The notes beneath the pieces were generated by a model. The model made no database searches. It worked only from the letters and a program-made list of their open reading frames with translations, and had not been told where the DNA came from. From assembly GCA_965200315.1 (NCBI GenBank), contig OZ241362.1:5295246-5359245 (forward strand): a stretch of DNA of 64,000 nt. The letters are read 5' to 3'. This stretch comes from Candidatus Latescibacterota bacterium. Its GTDB lineage: Bacteria; Latescibacterota; UBA2968; UBA8231. Each line of letters starts with the position of its first letter. Position 1 is the first letter of the stretch. Below are positions 19,612-29,403 of the stretch, in pieces. Position numbers and translations under genes: made by a program.

Positions 19612-20541
19612 ATGAGAACGCATGCACAGATGATTTTAGGAGGAGCCTTAGTGTTCCTCGTCAACGCGATTGCTTGGGGGCATGTGGGGACCGAGTATTT
19701 TTATCCGCAGGTGCCCGCCCCAGCTTCTATGGTCATGGATGGCAATGACGACGACTGGGGCTGGCTCGACCAAGAGGAATTTGCCATCACCACGGATCAG
19801 ATGTTTGGCCAGCAGGGCGAAGAGATTGCGCGCGAGGATTTCAACGCGGCCTTCTGGATGGCGTGGAGTGCGCCGCCGGACAATCGGTTCTACTTCTATG
19901 CTGTGGTGGCCGACGACACGCTCAAGATGCTCGAATCCGATCAGAAGCGCTGGTGGTCGGATGATATCATCCAGATCACGTTTGATGCCGATCACTCGGG
20001 CGGCGACTTCTTAGGCGAAAACTTGGACCACGTGTTTAATGGCCAGCGCTACCATCTCCGCATCAATCCGGGGCCGGGTCAGCCGGTTGCTTACAACAGC
20101 CAGCTCGAATACATCGACCTGCCAGAGATCGGCTGGAGTTCGGATATATACAACGGCGAGCCAACGCCTTGGTTTGAAGTGGGCTGGACCCTGCTGCCGT
20201 CGGGGGCCGGGCACGGATCGACCAATGTCACGTGGACCATGGAGTTCCGCTGCGCTCTGTGGGATACCTATGCAACGACGCCCGAGGAGAGCGTGCGCCA
20301 CGTGTTTGAGGAAGATCAGGTAATACACGTCGGCCCCAAGTTCAACGACCGCGAGCCAGTGGCCTCGGATGAAGCATCGCCGTTCCGGCACAATGTGCTG
20401 GTCTTGGGAGCGGCCGCCGCGCAAGATCAAAAGGGCGATCAGATGCTCGATTGGATCGGCTTAGGGACCGACGAGCCGACGGCCGTGGAAGACGTCTCGT
20501 GGGGGCGGATTAAGAGCCATTTGCAAGGCCAGTTGGATTGA
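19612..20541 (+). CDS. Secreted CBM9/DOMON-like sugar-binding protein with C-terminal TAVEDVSWGRIK motif
   Basis: Signal peptide; MDGNDDDW, FYFYAVVADD, DIIQITFDAD; GAGG RBS. Confidence 0.7.
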   Translation: MRTHAQMILGGALVFLVNAIAWGHVGTEYFYPQVPAPASMVMDGNDDDWGWLDQEEFAITTDQMFGQQGEEIAREDFNAAFWMAWSAPPDNRFYFYAVVADDTLKMLESDQKRWWSDDIIQITFDADHSGGDFLGENLDHVFNGQRYHLRINPGPGQPVAYNSQLEYIDLPEIGWSSDIYNGEPTPWFEVGWTLLPSGAGHGSTNVTWTMEFRCALWDTYATTPEESVRHVFEEDQVIHVGPKFNDREPVASDEASPFRHNVLVLGAAAAQDQKGDQMLDWIGLGTDEPTAVEDVSWGRIKSHLQGQLD

Positions 20542-20569
20542 AGTGTGAAAACTGTAACCTGTTAACACG

Positions 20570-20610
20570 AGCGGTGTCGGAAGGAACATGCCGACACCGC
20601 TTTGCTGTTT
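20570..20610 (+). terminator. Rho-independent terminator
   Basis: agcggtgtcgg-N10-ccgacaccgct followed by T-rich tail. Confidence 0.75.
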
Positions 20611-20653
20611 GGCACTCCTTTAGGACTCGCTGCAAGGGCCGTGGTGCGTTCTA

Positions 20654-22285
20654 ATGAACATTTCCGCGCTCGATAGTGCGATCATTGTAGCCTACCTGCT
20701 CGTGGTCGTCGCCATAGCGGTTGTGACGAGCCGCCGCGTCCGCAGCACGAGCGACTTTTTCCTCGCTGGACGCAGTATGCGCTGGCCCTTTGTCGGCGCA
20801 TCCATGTTTGCCACCAATATTTCCGCCGAGCAGTTCGTCGGCCAAGCGGGCTTGGCCTTTGTCGTCGGCTTGGCGGTGGCCAATTACCAACTGGCCGGGG
20901 TGTTGGCCTTCGTGGCAATGGGAGCGGTTTTCCTGCCCATATACATGCGGCTGGGTCTCTATACCACGCCGGAGTTTTTGGAGCGGCGCTACGGGCCGGA
21001 GAGCCGCCGCTTCTTTTCTTTAATCACCTTGGTGAGTATCACCTTTGCCGGCATCCCCGGCTCCCTGTACGCCGGTGGGCGCGTGATGGAGGTGCTGTTC
21101 GGGTTTGAGTCGATTGTGCCGGGGGTGCTGATCTTGGCGCTGGCGGCCGGCCCATACGCTATGGCGGGCGGTTTGCGCACCGTCATCTTGACGGATTTTA
21201 TCCAGTGCTTACTACTGGTTGTCGGGGGCGTGGCCATGCTTTGGATGGGCTTGGGCTATCTGGGGGGCTGGGGCGTCTTTGAGACGCGGATGCAGGAGCT
21301 ACAAGGGGCGGGCGATTGGGACATGATGGCGCTGATACAGCCGCTTGACCATCCCAACGTACCTTGGACGGGTGTGGTGTTGGGTCTGACGATACATGCC
21401 TTGGCCTTTGGGGCGACTAGCCACGTCATGGTGCAGCGCGCCTTGGCCGCCCGCAGCGTCCACGAGGCGCGGATGGGTGGACTGCTCGCTGGGCTATTGA
21501 AGGTGGTGGCGGTCTTTATCATTCTGATTCCCGGGCTGATGGGCTACGTCATGGCGCAGGGGGCGCAGCCGCTGATCGAAGTCGCCAGCCCGGATCAGCT
21601 CTATCCGGCGATGGTGCAAACCCTGCTGCCGGTCGGCTTGGTGGGCTTGGTCTTGGCCGGGTTGATCGCGGCGTTGATGAGTTCGCTAGACTCGGAAATC
21701 TGCGCGGCCTCGGGCCTGTTTGCCATGGATTGGTATCAGCCCTATCGGCCCGCGGCGACTCAGCGACGCTTGGTATGGGCGGGGCGCATCCTAGCAGCTG
21801 TTGTAGTTGTCATCGGGGTGTTCTGGGCGATTGTGGTCATTCCGCAGTTCCGCTTTCTCTACGAATATCTGGCCAAGTTTGCCTCTTACATACCAGGTAC
21901 TATTGTGGCGTGTTTCCTGTGGGGCATGGTGTCGAAGCGGCCTACGCGCAAAGGGGCTTTTGCGACCCTGATCGCTGGTTCCATCTTTGGCATTTTCCTG
22001 TGGCTGGTCAACGACTCGGCGGTGCTCAACCGGCTGGTCTGCGGAGAAGAGGGCTTGGGGCTGGCCTTCTTGGAAATGCACTTCCTACACGCGGCCTTCG
22101 TCATTTTTGCCGTGGCGAGTGTGCTGCTTTTCGGTTTTAGCTTTGCGTTTGGCGATGAGGAACCGGTGCTCTTGGAACAAGGCGACGAGACCCTGATGCC
22201 GACCCGGAAACAGGATCGGGTCTATTGGCTGACAGCGGTGGGATTGCTGTTGGTGTACGGCGCGGTGTATTGGTGTTTCTTTTAG
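20654..22285 (+). CDS. Sodium:solute symporter (SSS/SLC5)
   Basis: FFLAGRSM, ATNISAEQFVG, TTPEFLERRYG, GGLRTVILTD, VQRALAA. Confidence 0.95.
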   Translation: MNISALDSAIIVAYLLVVVAIAVVTSRRVRSTSDFFLAGRSMRWPFVGASMFATNISAEQFVGQAGLAFVVGLAVANYQLAGVLAFVAMGAVFLPIYMRLGLYTTPEFLERRYGPESRRFFSLITLVSITFAGIPGSLYAGGRVMEVLFGFESIVPGVLILALAAGPYAMAGGLRTVILTDFIQCLLLVVGGVAMLWMGLGYLGGWGVFETRMQELQGAGDWDMMALIQPLDHPNVPWTGVVLGLTIHALAFGATSHVMVQRALAARSVHEARMGGLLAGLLKVVAVFIILIPGLMGYVMAQGAQPLIEVASPDQLYPAMVQTLLPVGLVGLVLAGLIAALMSSLDSEICAASGLFAMDWYQPYRPAATQRRLVWAGRILAAVVVVIGVFWAIVVIPQFRFLYEYLAKFASYIPGTIVACFLWGMVSKRPTRKGAFATLIAGSIFGIFLWLVNDSAVLNRLVCGEEGLGLAFLEMHFLHAAFVIFAVASVLLFGFSFAFGDEEPVLLEQGDETLMPTRKQDRVYWLTAVGLLLVYGAVYWCFF

Positions 22286-22378
22286 GATAGTGCCCCAAGC
22301 AGCCATGCTGGTGCTGGTGGAGCTAATTAAAATGGCAGCCCCACCGGCAGGATATGCAAACAATTCTACAAAATCAGT

Positions 22379-22627
22379 CTAACCCACGAGCAGGGCCCAT
22401 TCGGGATGGTGGATCTGCGAGCCAAAGGAATAGCGTGCAAAGCCCCGGTTGGCTTGCTCCAGCGGAATGGCGGCGGTCTGCTCGGCAACGACGCGGTATG
22501 CACCTTGCTTGAGACAGGCAAATTGTTCGGTCGTCAGCGCGTCGGGGACAACGGCAAAGCCGTCGCGGTGAAAGAGGGCCGCGGCGCGGTCAATGGCGTC
22601 CGGTGCAATCGGTTCGAGGGTGAGCAT
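22379..22627 (-). pseudogene. Truncated PhyH-family dioxygenase (N-terminal 82 aa only)
   Basis: AAALFHRDGFAVVPDALT start with GGAGG RBS; ends before the HxD motif at an AT-rich segment. Confidence 0.7.
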
Positions 22628-22780
22628 AGGGCCTCCGAGGTTGTGAGGTGCAGGTAAATCTACGCTAAGGTAGGGTTGCCGTCGTTTGAACGCTGGCCGG
22701 CTGAGTTGGACCCCTACAAGAGGTGCCCCGACCGGTTCCGCAAAGATGCGTAACGTCAGTATTCACAAAAGGAGCAATCT

Positions 22781-23833
22781 ATGGAAAATCGTCCGCAAGT
22801 ACTCATCGCCTGCAGCGAGCGGGTGCGCCATGGCTACCTGCCGCCAGAGGAGCTAATGCGCCTAGAGCAGGTTGCCGATTGGGCGTGGTTTGCCTGCGAG
22901 GGCGGCAACATTTACCAGGCCAGCGAAGACGCCGAGGCCATCGCGCAGTTGGCCGAGGAAATGGACTCTGTAGATGCACTCGTCGTCTGCCACGGTGCGC
23001 CGAGGGTTAATGCGGCGGTCTTGGCAGCCGCCCCCCGGCTGCGCTTCATCGGCGAACTGGAAGGCGACCGCTTTGCCACGCGCATCGATTTAGAGGCGGC
23101 GTGGGCGCGGGGCATCCGCACCGTGGATACGACCAATGGCTCGTCCTATCCGGTGGCCGAGTGGGCCTTGGCGCTGACGCTGATTGCCATGCGCAATGCC
23201 GGTGCGCTCTTCCGCCGCATCCTCGCTAGGAATACCCAAGACCGCTCCACCATTGAGCCGATGGCCGGGATGCTCACCGGCAAGCGGGTGGGCCTAATCG
23301 GCGGTGGCTACATGGGGCGGCGGCTGATGAAGCTGTTGCGGCCCTTTGAGGTCGAGCTGTGGGTCCACGATCCATATCTGTCTCAGGAGTTGTCCGAGGC
23401 GTTGGGCTTTTTGCTAACGTCGCTGGACAACGTGATGTCGCAGTGCGATGCGATTGTCTGCGTCGCGCCGCTGACGCCGCAGACCGAAGGCATGATTGGC
23501 CAGCGCGAGTTGGAGCTCATTCCGCCGGGAGCAGTTTTGGTGAACGTGTCGCGCGGGCCGATCTTCGACTCTGCGGCCCTGATCGAGCGCCTCAAGCGCG
23601 GCGACATTGCCGCCGGCTTTGATGTCTTCGACCCGGAGCCGATCCCGGCCGACAGCGAGATTATCGACCTGCCCAACGTGTTTTTGACCCCGCACTTTTC
23701 CGGGCGCGTGGGCGACGAATACCCGCATTTCTTCCGCCTCATGGTCGATGAATTGGAGCGATTTTTCGCTGGCCACGAGACCTATTTTGACCTGACGCCG
23801 CGCTCGCGGGCCAACCGCGGGGGACGCCCGTGA
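22781..23833 (+). CDS. D-isomer-specific 2-hydroxyacid dehydrogenase
   Basis: VGLIGGGYMG, LVNVSRG, FDVFDPEP, LTPH. Confidence 0.92.
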   Translation: MENRPQVLIACSERVRHGYLPPEELMRLEQVADWAWFACEGGNIYQASEDAEAIAQLAEEMDSVDALVVCHGAPRVNAAVLAAAPRLRFIGELEGDRFATRIDLEAAWARGIRTVDTTNGSSYPVAEWALALTLIAMRNAGALFRRILARNTQDRSTIEPMAGMLTGKRVGLIGGGYMGRRLMKLLRPFEVELWVHDPYLSQELSEALGFLLTSLDNVMSQCDAIVCVAPLTPQTEGMIGQRELELIPPGAVLVNVSRGPIFDSAALIERLKRGDIAAGFDVFDPEPIPADSEIIDLPNVFLTPHFSGRVGDEYPHFFRLMVDELERFFAGHETYFDLTPRSRANRGGRP

Positions 23834-23857
23834 CACGCTGCTGTTGCCTGTGCGAGG

Positions 23858-26206
23858 TCAGCGCAGCGGTAGGGAAGGCGCGAATTTCAGGCCGCCACCG
23901 TAGCCGGTTGCGCCCCGCGCTATGCGATCCATAGCCAGATACGCGTGCAACTTCCCGCTGTAGCCTAGGGAGATGCCGCTGCCCAAGCGGAACTGCCACG
24001 CCGTGCTGTCGGGTTCCCGCAAGTCCAGCGCGAAGCCCGGCCGGCGCACATAGGTGGCGGTCTGGAACGTGCTGCGGAATACAGAGGCGCCTAACCAGCC
24101 CAGCTTCAACGCCACGCCGCGCTGCTGGAAGCGGCGCACGCCAAGCACTTGGGATATGGCCGCCCGCGTTTCGCCAGTCCCCAACAGCACCGCCAAGGTC
24201 AAGGCGCGGCCGCCCAGCGCGAAGTGCTTGCCGCCTGCTACGCGCCAGCCGGCGGCGGTGTGCAGGGCATGGTGTGCGAACAAGTCTAGGTTTGCAAAAC
24301 CGCTCGTGCCGCGCCAGCCCAAGCGCAAGGACCCTATCCGGTCGCGTTCGACGTAGAACAGGGCGTTTGTCGGGCGCGCCGCCGCGCGTGGCCACACAGG
24401 CGCGTTGGCAAACGAGAGGAGACCGCGATTGAGGGACGCTTGGGTTTGCGCGAGCGGCGGCGAGAAGGTGCTCGCCGGAGCGTCGGCAAGCGTGCCGACG
24501 AATGGGATTGGCGCGTCGATCGCGCCTTCTACGACCATCCTCAGTGTGCCCGCGCCCTGCGTGGCCACGCGGATGCCGATGCGGCTGGCGCGGATCGTGC
24601 CGCTATGGAAAATACTCACGTCGCCGCCCTCGCTGCTGGCGTCGATGCCGATGCCGTTGTCGCCCCCGGCCACGATGTCGCCAGAATTGCGGACCTCGAC
24701 ATGGCCGACTCGGTAGATTCTGTGGGCGCACAGCGAGTCCGGCAGCGTACCATCGGCTAGGGTCGGACAGCTTGGTGCAGGCACCATGGCGCCGAGCGCA
24801 CTGGCTAGGATTCCCACCGCGGCCGGGCCTTGCACGTTGATGGTGCCTGCGTTGCTCGCTGCGATGCTGCCGCTGCGGTGATGGATGGCGTGGATGCCGT
24901 GCGCTTCCTCGCTGTCGGCGTGGATGCGGCCGGTATTGGCCGCATAGATGGCGTCGTGGTGTGAAGTATCGGGATACCAAGGGACTTGTTCCATGTCTTT
25001 CGGAGCATGCCTGCGGGCGAGGAAGAATCCTTCCGCCCAAATCCCGTGGCCCCATCTGCTTCCGGCGACTGTGAGGTCGCCTTCGTTGATGGCGAATATC
25101 CGGCCCGCCTGCGTATTGAACGTTTGGATCCCGAAAGCTCTGCGCCCACCCCTCGCCGCAATCGTGCCGTATTCGTAGTTGCGTGCGTACACGTCTCCCG
25201 GGACGCGCTTCGCCTCGTTGGGGACGATCTCGTGCAGGGCGTCGTGACAGCGGTTGCCGGGCAAAGGCCACGGCGCACAATTGTCGGCGTGTAGGCCCAT
25301 GGCAGTGTTCCCTTGCACGGTAATCTGGCCGAAGTTGTACCCTTGCGCGTGGCCCCACAAGCTCTGCGCCGATATGCCACGCGCCTCAGCGCCGGAGAGG
25401 TCAATGCGTCCGTAGTTGATCATGCGCGTGAGCTGACTGCCGCCGGTCTCGGCCTTGAGTCCATCGGTCCGGCCGTTGAAGTCGCCGGTGGCAATGAGTT
25501 GGCCGGCCGGCATGTTGATCGCCTCGACAAAATGCGTGGGGTCGTGGGGTGCCGCGCCCTTGTTGATGCTGGCTACCACGAGGCGAATGTCCGGCCGGCC
25601 GCGCGACTCGTCGGCAAATCCCGTGACTTGGATGGTGCCGTAGTTGACGATCCGAATGTTGCCAGACCCGTTGTGCGACACCGCGCGAATCCCGCGCCCG
25701 CTGCCGTGGACCTCGAGATGGCCGCGATTGACGGCCACCAGATCACCGGCGTTGCCCCCGGTAATGAAGCCGACCGCCCACGCGCTCTGGACGCGCACCA
25801 CGGCGTTTTTGCCAATCAGAATCGAGTGGCCGCCGCTGGCAGCGGCGCGGTTTACGATCTCGATGCCGTGATGTCGCTCGGGCAGCGTCGCCGTGCCATG
25901 GAAAGACAGATGGGTGTCGTTGTGTACGCCGGGATTGACGGTTTGCAGATGGTCGCCGTCAATGAAATGGGTCGCCGGCGTTAGTGGGTCGTGATTGGTA
26001 GCTGGGGCCGGTCGGAACGCCGGGTCAGGTTCTGGCAACGGCTGCGATGATGCCGTTGCGTCTTCTGCTGGACAGGCCGCGTCTTGTGGCACCATATCGC
26101 CCGTCGGGCTCACAGGTTCCGGTGGATCGTCGGCCTTTGCATCGCCTAGACCAAACCAAAAAGCCGCCGTCGCCGCAATCAAAGACTTCCTTTTGTTAGC
26201 TAACAT
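23858..26206 (-). CDS. Secreted autotransporter-passenger-like beta-helical protein
   Basis: Signal peptide MLANKRKSLIAATAAFWFGLGDAKA; repeated NxGxIx...GI.A rungs; beta-strand-rich C-terminus. Confidence 0.65.
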   Translation of the reverse strand: MLANKRKSLIAATAAFWFGLGDAKADDPPEPVSPTGDMVPQDAACPAEDATASSQPLPEPDPAFRPAPATNHDPLTPATHFIDGDHLQTVNPGVHNDTHLSFHGTATLPERHHGIEIVNRAAASGGHSILIGKNAVVRVQSAWAVGFITGGNAGDLVAVNRGHLEVHGSGRGIRAVSHNGSGNIRIVNYGTIQVTGFADESRGRPDIRLVVASINKGAAPHDPTHFVEAINMPAGQLIATGDFNGRTDGLKAETGGSQLTRMINYGRIDLSGAEARGISAQSLWGHAQGYNFGQITVQGNTAMGLHADNCAPWPLPGNRCHDALHEIVPNEAKRVPGDVYARNYEYGTIAARGGRRAFGIQTFNTQAGRIFAINEGDLTVAGSRWGHGIWAEGFFLARRHAPKDMEQVPWYPDTSHHDAIYAANTGRIHADSEEAHGIHAIHHRSGSIAASNAGTINVQGPAAVGILASALGAMVPAPSCPTLADGTLPDSLCAHRIYRVGHVEVRNSGDIVAGGDNGIGIDASSEGGDVSIFHSGTIRASRIGIRVATQGAGTLRMVVEGAIDAPIPFVGTLADAPASTFSPPLAQTQASLNRGLLSFANAPVWPRAAARPTNALFYVERDRIGSLRLGWRGTSGFANLDLFAHHALHTAAGWRVAGGKHFALGGRALTLAVLLGTGETRAAISQVLGVRRFQQRGVALKLGWLGASVFRSTFQTATYVRRPGFALDLREPDSTAWQFRLGSGISLGYSGKLHAYLAMDRIARGATGYGGGLKFAPSLPLR

Positions 26207-26508
26207 TTCGTGCCTCGTGGATGGGTGGTTCGTCGCTTCGAGCACGTGCGAAGGGCCTTCAGAGCTGGTCAGACAGAGCAGGGTCGCCAGCGACGATTGG
26301 GTTTAGCCCATAAACCTCAAGCGTTCATTTAAGGTAATTGTTGCGCTTGGTACTGCAGTTGAGAAGTTAAGCAAATGTCCGGTGCTCGAATGGGCAGGAG
26401 CCGGAATTTTGTTTTTTATTTGTGAGTGTGTTGCGTACCTTGTCTCGATTTAAGAGAGCCTAACCAAACGTGCGGTTGGGCTGGCCGCCTCCGTCGGATG
26501 CCTGCGGG

Positions 26509-26550
26509 CCACTGACCACTAACCACTAACCGCTGACGACTGACGACTAA
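26509..26550 (+). repeat. 7-bp tandem repeat x6
   Basis: ccactga ccactaa ccactaa ccgctga cgactga cgactaa, ending 3 bp before the sulfatase ATG. Confidence 0.8.
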
Positions 26551-26553
26551 CAA

Positions 26554-27984
26554 ATGAATCGTCCCAACCTACTCTACATCTTCACCGATCAGCAGCGCGT
26601 GGATACGCTGCGCTGCTATGGCAACGAGCAGATCGAGACTCCGACCCTCGACGCGCTGGCCGCGGATGGCTTTGTCTTTGAAAACGCCTATGTGAGCCAG
26701 CCGGTGTGCAGCCCGGCGCGGGCCACCATGCTGACCGGGCTGTGGCCGCACACCGCTGGCGTGCCGGCGTGTAATGTGCCGCTGCGCGCCGAGGTGCCGA
26801 CGTTTGCCGAGATGCTGCCGCCGGAATATCAGACGGCCTTTATGGGCAAATGGCACTTGGGGGATGAGATTTTTCCCCAGCACGGGTTTGCAACGTGGGT
26901 CGGCAGCGAAGACTCGTATCGGCGTTGCTATTCCGCGACGGAGCGGCTGGACGTGCTCAGCCCGTATCACCACTTCTTGGTCGAGCAGGGGTTTGCGCCC
27001 GACGCGGACAATCTCGGCCAGCGCGTGTTCTCGCGCCACGCCGAGGCCTCCATGCCGGAAGAGTACACCAAGGCGGCGTTTTTGGGCGATCGGGCCGCGG
27101 AGTACATCCGCCAGAGCGGCGACGCGCCGTTTGCGCTGTGCGTCAGCTATCTGGAGCCGCATCCGCCGCACACTGGGCCGCTCAACGAGTACTACGACCC
27201 AGAGCTCCTGCCGACTGGGCCGAGCTTTCGGCAGCCTCCGCCGGACGACGTGCCCTTAATCGTGCGGCTGATGGCGGCCTTTTATTCGGCTTCGGAAAAC
27301 TACGGGTTGGACTTGCAGACCGAGGCTGGCTGGCGCGGGCTGATGGCTCGCTATTGGGGCAATGTGACGCTGGTGGATCGCTCGGTAGCCCAGATCCTCC
27401 AGGCTTTGGACGAGAGTGGCAAGGCCGACGATACCATTGTGATTTTCACGTCGGATCACGGCGAGCTCATGGGCGATCACGGGATTTTGGGCAAGACCCT
27501 GATGTACGAGGAGTCGATTAAGGTGCCGTTGCTGCTAAGCGCACCTATGTTGGATGCGCAGCCAAGGAGAATCGGCGGCCAGTTCAGTCACATCGACTTG
27601 GTGCCCACGCTACTCGACTTGCTGGGGTTGGAAATACCGGACCATTTGCAGGGGCAGAGCCGGGTGCCAGTGCTGTGCGGCCGCGATGATTTGGCGGCCA
27701 ACGACGTGTTTGTCGAGTGGAGCGGAGCCGACGGGCATCCGCCGGCCTCGATCGGCGAGGCCGAACCGAACCGCAGCTTGGTGCATCCCTTCCGCACCAT
27801 TGTCGCAGCCGATGGTTGGAAGCTCAACCTGTACGGCAAGGGCCAAGGCGAGCTATACGATCTGAACGCGGACCCTCACGAGCTGGAAAATCTATACCAC
27901 CGGCCCGAGCAGCGGGCGCGGATCGGCGAACTGAGTGCGCGGATTCGCGCTTGGCAGGCGCAGACCGGCGACGAGGAAGACTGA
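26554..27984 (+). CDS. Sulfatase (S1, formylglycine-dependent)
   Basis: RPNLLYIFTDQQR, CSPARATMLTG, GKWHLG, SDHG, ELYDL..DP.E. Confidence 0.96.
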   Translation: MNRPNLLYIFTDQQRVDTLRCYGNEQIETPTLDALAADGFVFENAYVSQPVCSPARATMLTGLWPHTAGVPACNVPLRAEVPTFAEMLPPEYQTAFMGKWHLGDEIFPQHGFATWVGSEDSYRRCYSATERLDVLSPYHHFLVEQGFAPDADNLGQRVFSRHAEASMPEEYTKAAFLGDRAAEYIRQSGDAPFALCVSYLEPHPPHTGPLNEYYDPELLPTGPSFRQPPPDDVPLIVRLMAAFYSASENYGLDLQTEAGWRGLMARYWGNVTLVDRSVAQILQALDESGKADDTIVIFTSDHGELMGDHGILGKTLMYEESIKVPLLLSAPMLDAQPRRIGGQFSHIDLVPTLLDLLGLEIPDHLQGQSRVPVLCGRDDLAANDVFVEWSGADGHPPASIGEAEPNRSLVHPFRTIVAADGWKLNLYGKGQGELYDLNADPHELENLYHRPEQRARIGELSARIRAWQAQTGDEED

Positions 27985-28005
27985 GGGAAAGGGGTTTGAA
28001 GCTAG

Positions 28006-28254
28006 CTACAGCCGGCGTACAAACTCTTTAACACGTCTTTGAACGCTTCCAGACATCCTCCATCTCCGTGGCCAATCCGCGGCAGAGCTCTCAGCGCAAT
28101 TGGAAGCCGTATATATTTCTGAAGAGATAGCGGAAGCGCAGATAAGGTCGCAGTGCGCCTGTCCCCGCGCTTGTTGTGCGGCTCGAGCGAGCGCTTCTCG
28201 CTCTTGGCTCAGACGCTTTTGCCAAGCCGCGATGTACGACCTGTAGGCATCCAT
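28006..28254 (-). pseudogene. Collapsed MNT-HEPN toxin-antitoxin relic
   Basis: MNT-like N-terminus (MDAYRSYIAAWQKR...ARAAQQAR) joined out of frame to a HEPN-like tail LRPYLRFRYLFRNIYGFQLR*ELCRGLA. Confidence 0.7.
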
Positions 28255-28299
28255 AAACGGAAGAGGTAACTAGAAGCTACGGCACACACGGGGACGCTG

Positions 28300-29373
28300 C
28301 TAGCGAAAAAGCGCCCCTTCTAGTGCCTCTGCGTAGGTTTGCGAACGACCGGAGTGGTCGCCGCCGAGCCAGCGGTAGGCCCTCGGATAGAGCGCGAGCG
28401 AGCGGTCGGCGAGCGGCAGGTCGAGCGGCACATTGCCCCACAGTGCCGAGTACTTGGCGGCAATGGCCACTTCGAGCGATTGGCGCAGGTCGTGGCCGGA
28501 GATGTACAGCTCACCGCCGTTTTCTAAGACATCTAAAAACGACAGCACCGAAGTGCCCATGTAGGAGAAGCGAGGGTATTCGAGCGGGGTGTAGGGGCGG
28601 TCGGTTTTTATACGGGCACCCTGCGCGTCGCGGCCTTGGAAAATTTCGGGCGGCCCCCAGTCCCAGCGCACGAGCGCGTCGGCGGTCCACACATCCACGC
28701 CGCGGTTGGGCGTTGGTTGGCCAAAGACCGGGCAGGCGAGGCCGTTGCTGAGTAAAAATTGCCCGTTGATAATCAGGCCCTCGTCGTCGTCGCGCCCGAG
28801 GGCTTCCTGCGGCGTCCCCCAAGCGGTGACTTGGGTGATCTCGGCTTGGGTGAAGAGCCGCAGCACGGCGATGTGCTGGCAGCCCCCGCCGGAAATCTCA
28901 CCACCCCAACCGTGGACACTGGCCCCGCGCAATGGGCCGTACTGGCCGGCGCGTAGCCAACCGGCCGCTTCTTGCACCTCGCCCATGGCCCTTTGCAGGT
29001 TGCCGCCGGCAAAGACCACGCCGCGCGCTTGGCATTCCTCGATCATGGCATCGACATCCGACAGGCGAGCCTCAATGGGCTTGTCGGTGGAGACGCCCTT
29101 GACGCCCGCTTGAGCGGCGGCGATGACGGCCTCCTTGATGTACTGGCCGGGCAGCACGACTGCGGCAATATCGGGCACCACGTGGCGGAAGAGGTCCTGT
29201 GCGTCTTGGTAAAGGGCGCGGACGCCGAAGCGTTCGCCGACGGCTTGGCGGCGCTCGGGATTGTATTCGGCAATGGCGACTAGCTCGGTGTTGGGCAGGG
29301 TTTGATAGACTTCGGCGTAGTGCTGGCCGAGGCGGCCGCAGCCGATGATGGCGACCGTGTGTTTTTCGTCCAT
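28300..29373 (-). CDS. Gfo/Idh/MocA oxidoreductase
   Basis: VAIIGCGRLG, DKP motif. Confidence 0.9.
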   Translation of the reverse strand: MDEKHTVAIIGCGRLGQHYAEVYQTLPNTELVAIAEYNPERRQAVGERFGVRALYQDAQDLFRHVVPDIAAVVLPGQYIKEAVIAAAQAGVKGVSTDKPIEARLSDVDAMIEECQARGVVFAGGNLQRAMGEVQEAAGWLRAGQYGPLRGASVHGWGGEISGGGCQHIAVLRLFTQAEITQVTAWGTPQEALGRDDDEGLIINGQFLLSNGLACPVFGQPTPNRGVDVWTADALVRWDWGPPEIFQGRDAQGARIKTDRPYTPLEYPRFSYMGTSVLSFLDVLENGGELYISGHDLRQSLEVAIAAKYSALWGNVPLDLPLADRSLALYPRAYRWLGGDHSGRSQTYAEALEGALFR

Positions 29374-29403
29374 GAGGGAACTCCTTTAGGCTTCGACCTC
29401 AGC

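Noticed and set aside
22290-22378. tRNA/tmRNA-end-like or att-like fragments (tggtggagct, tggcagccccaccggcaggat)
   Set aside because: Too short, no T-loop consensus or cloverleaf, no integrase nearby.
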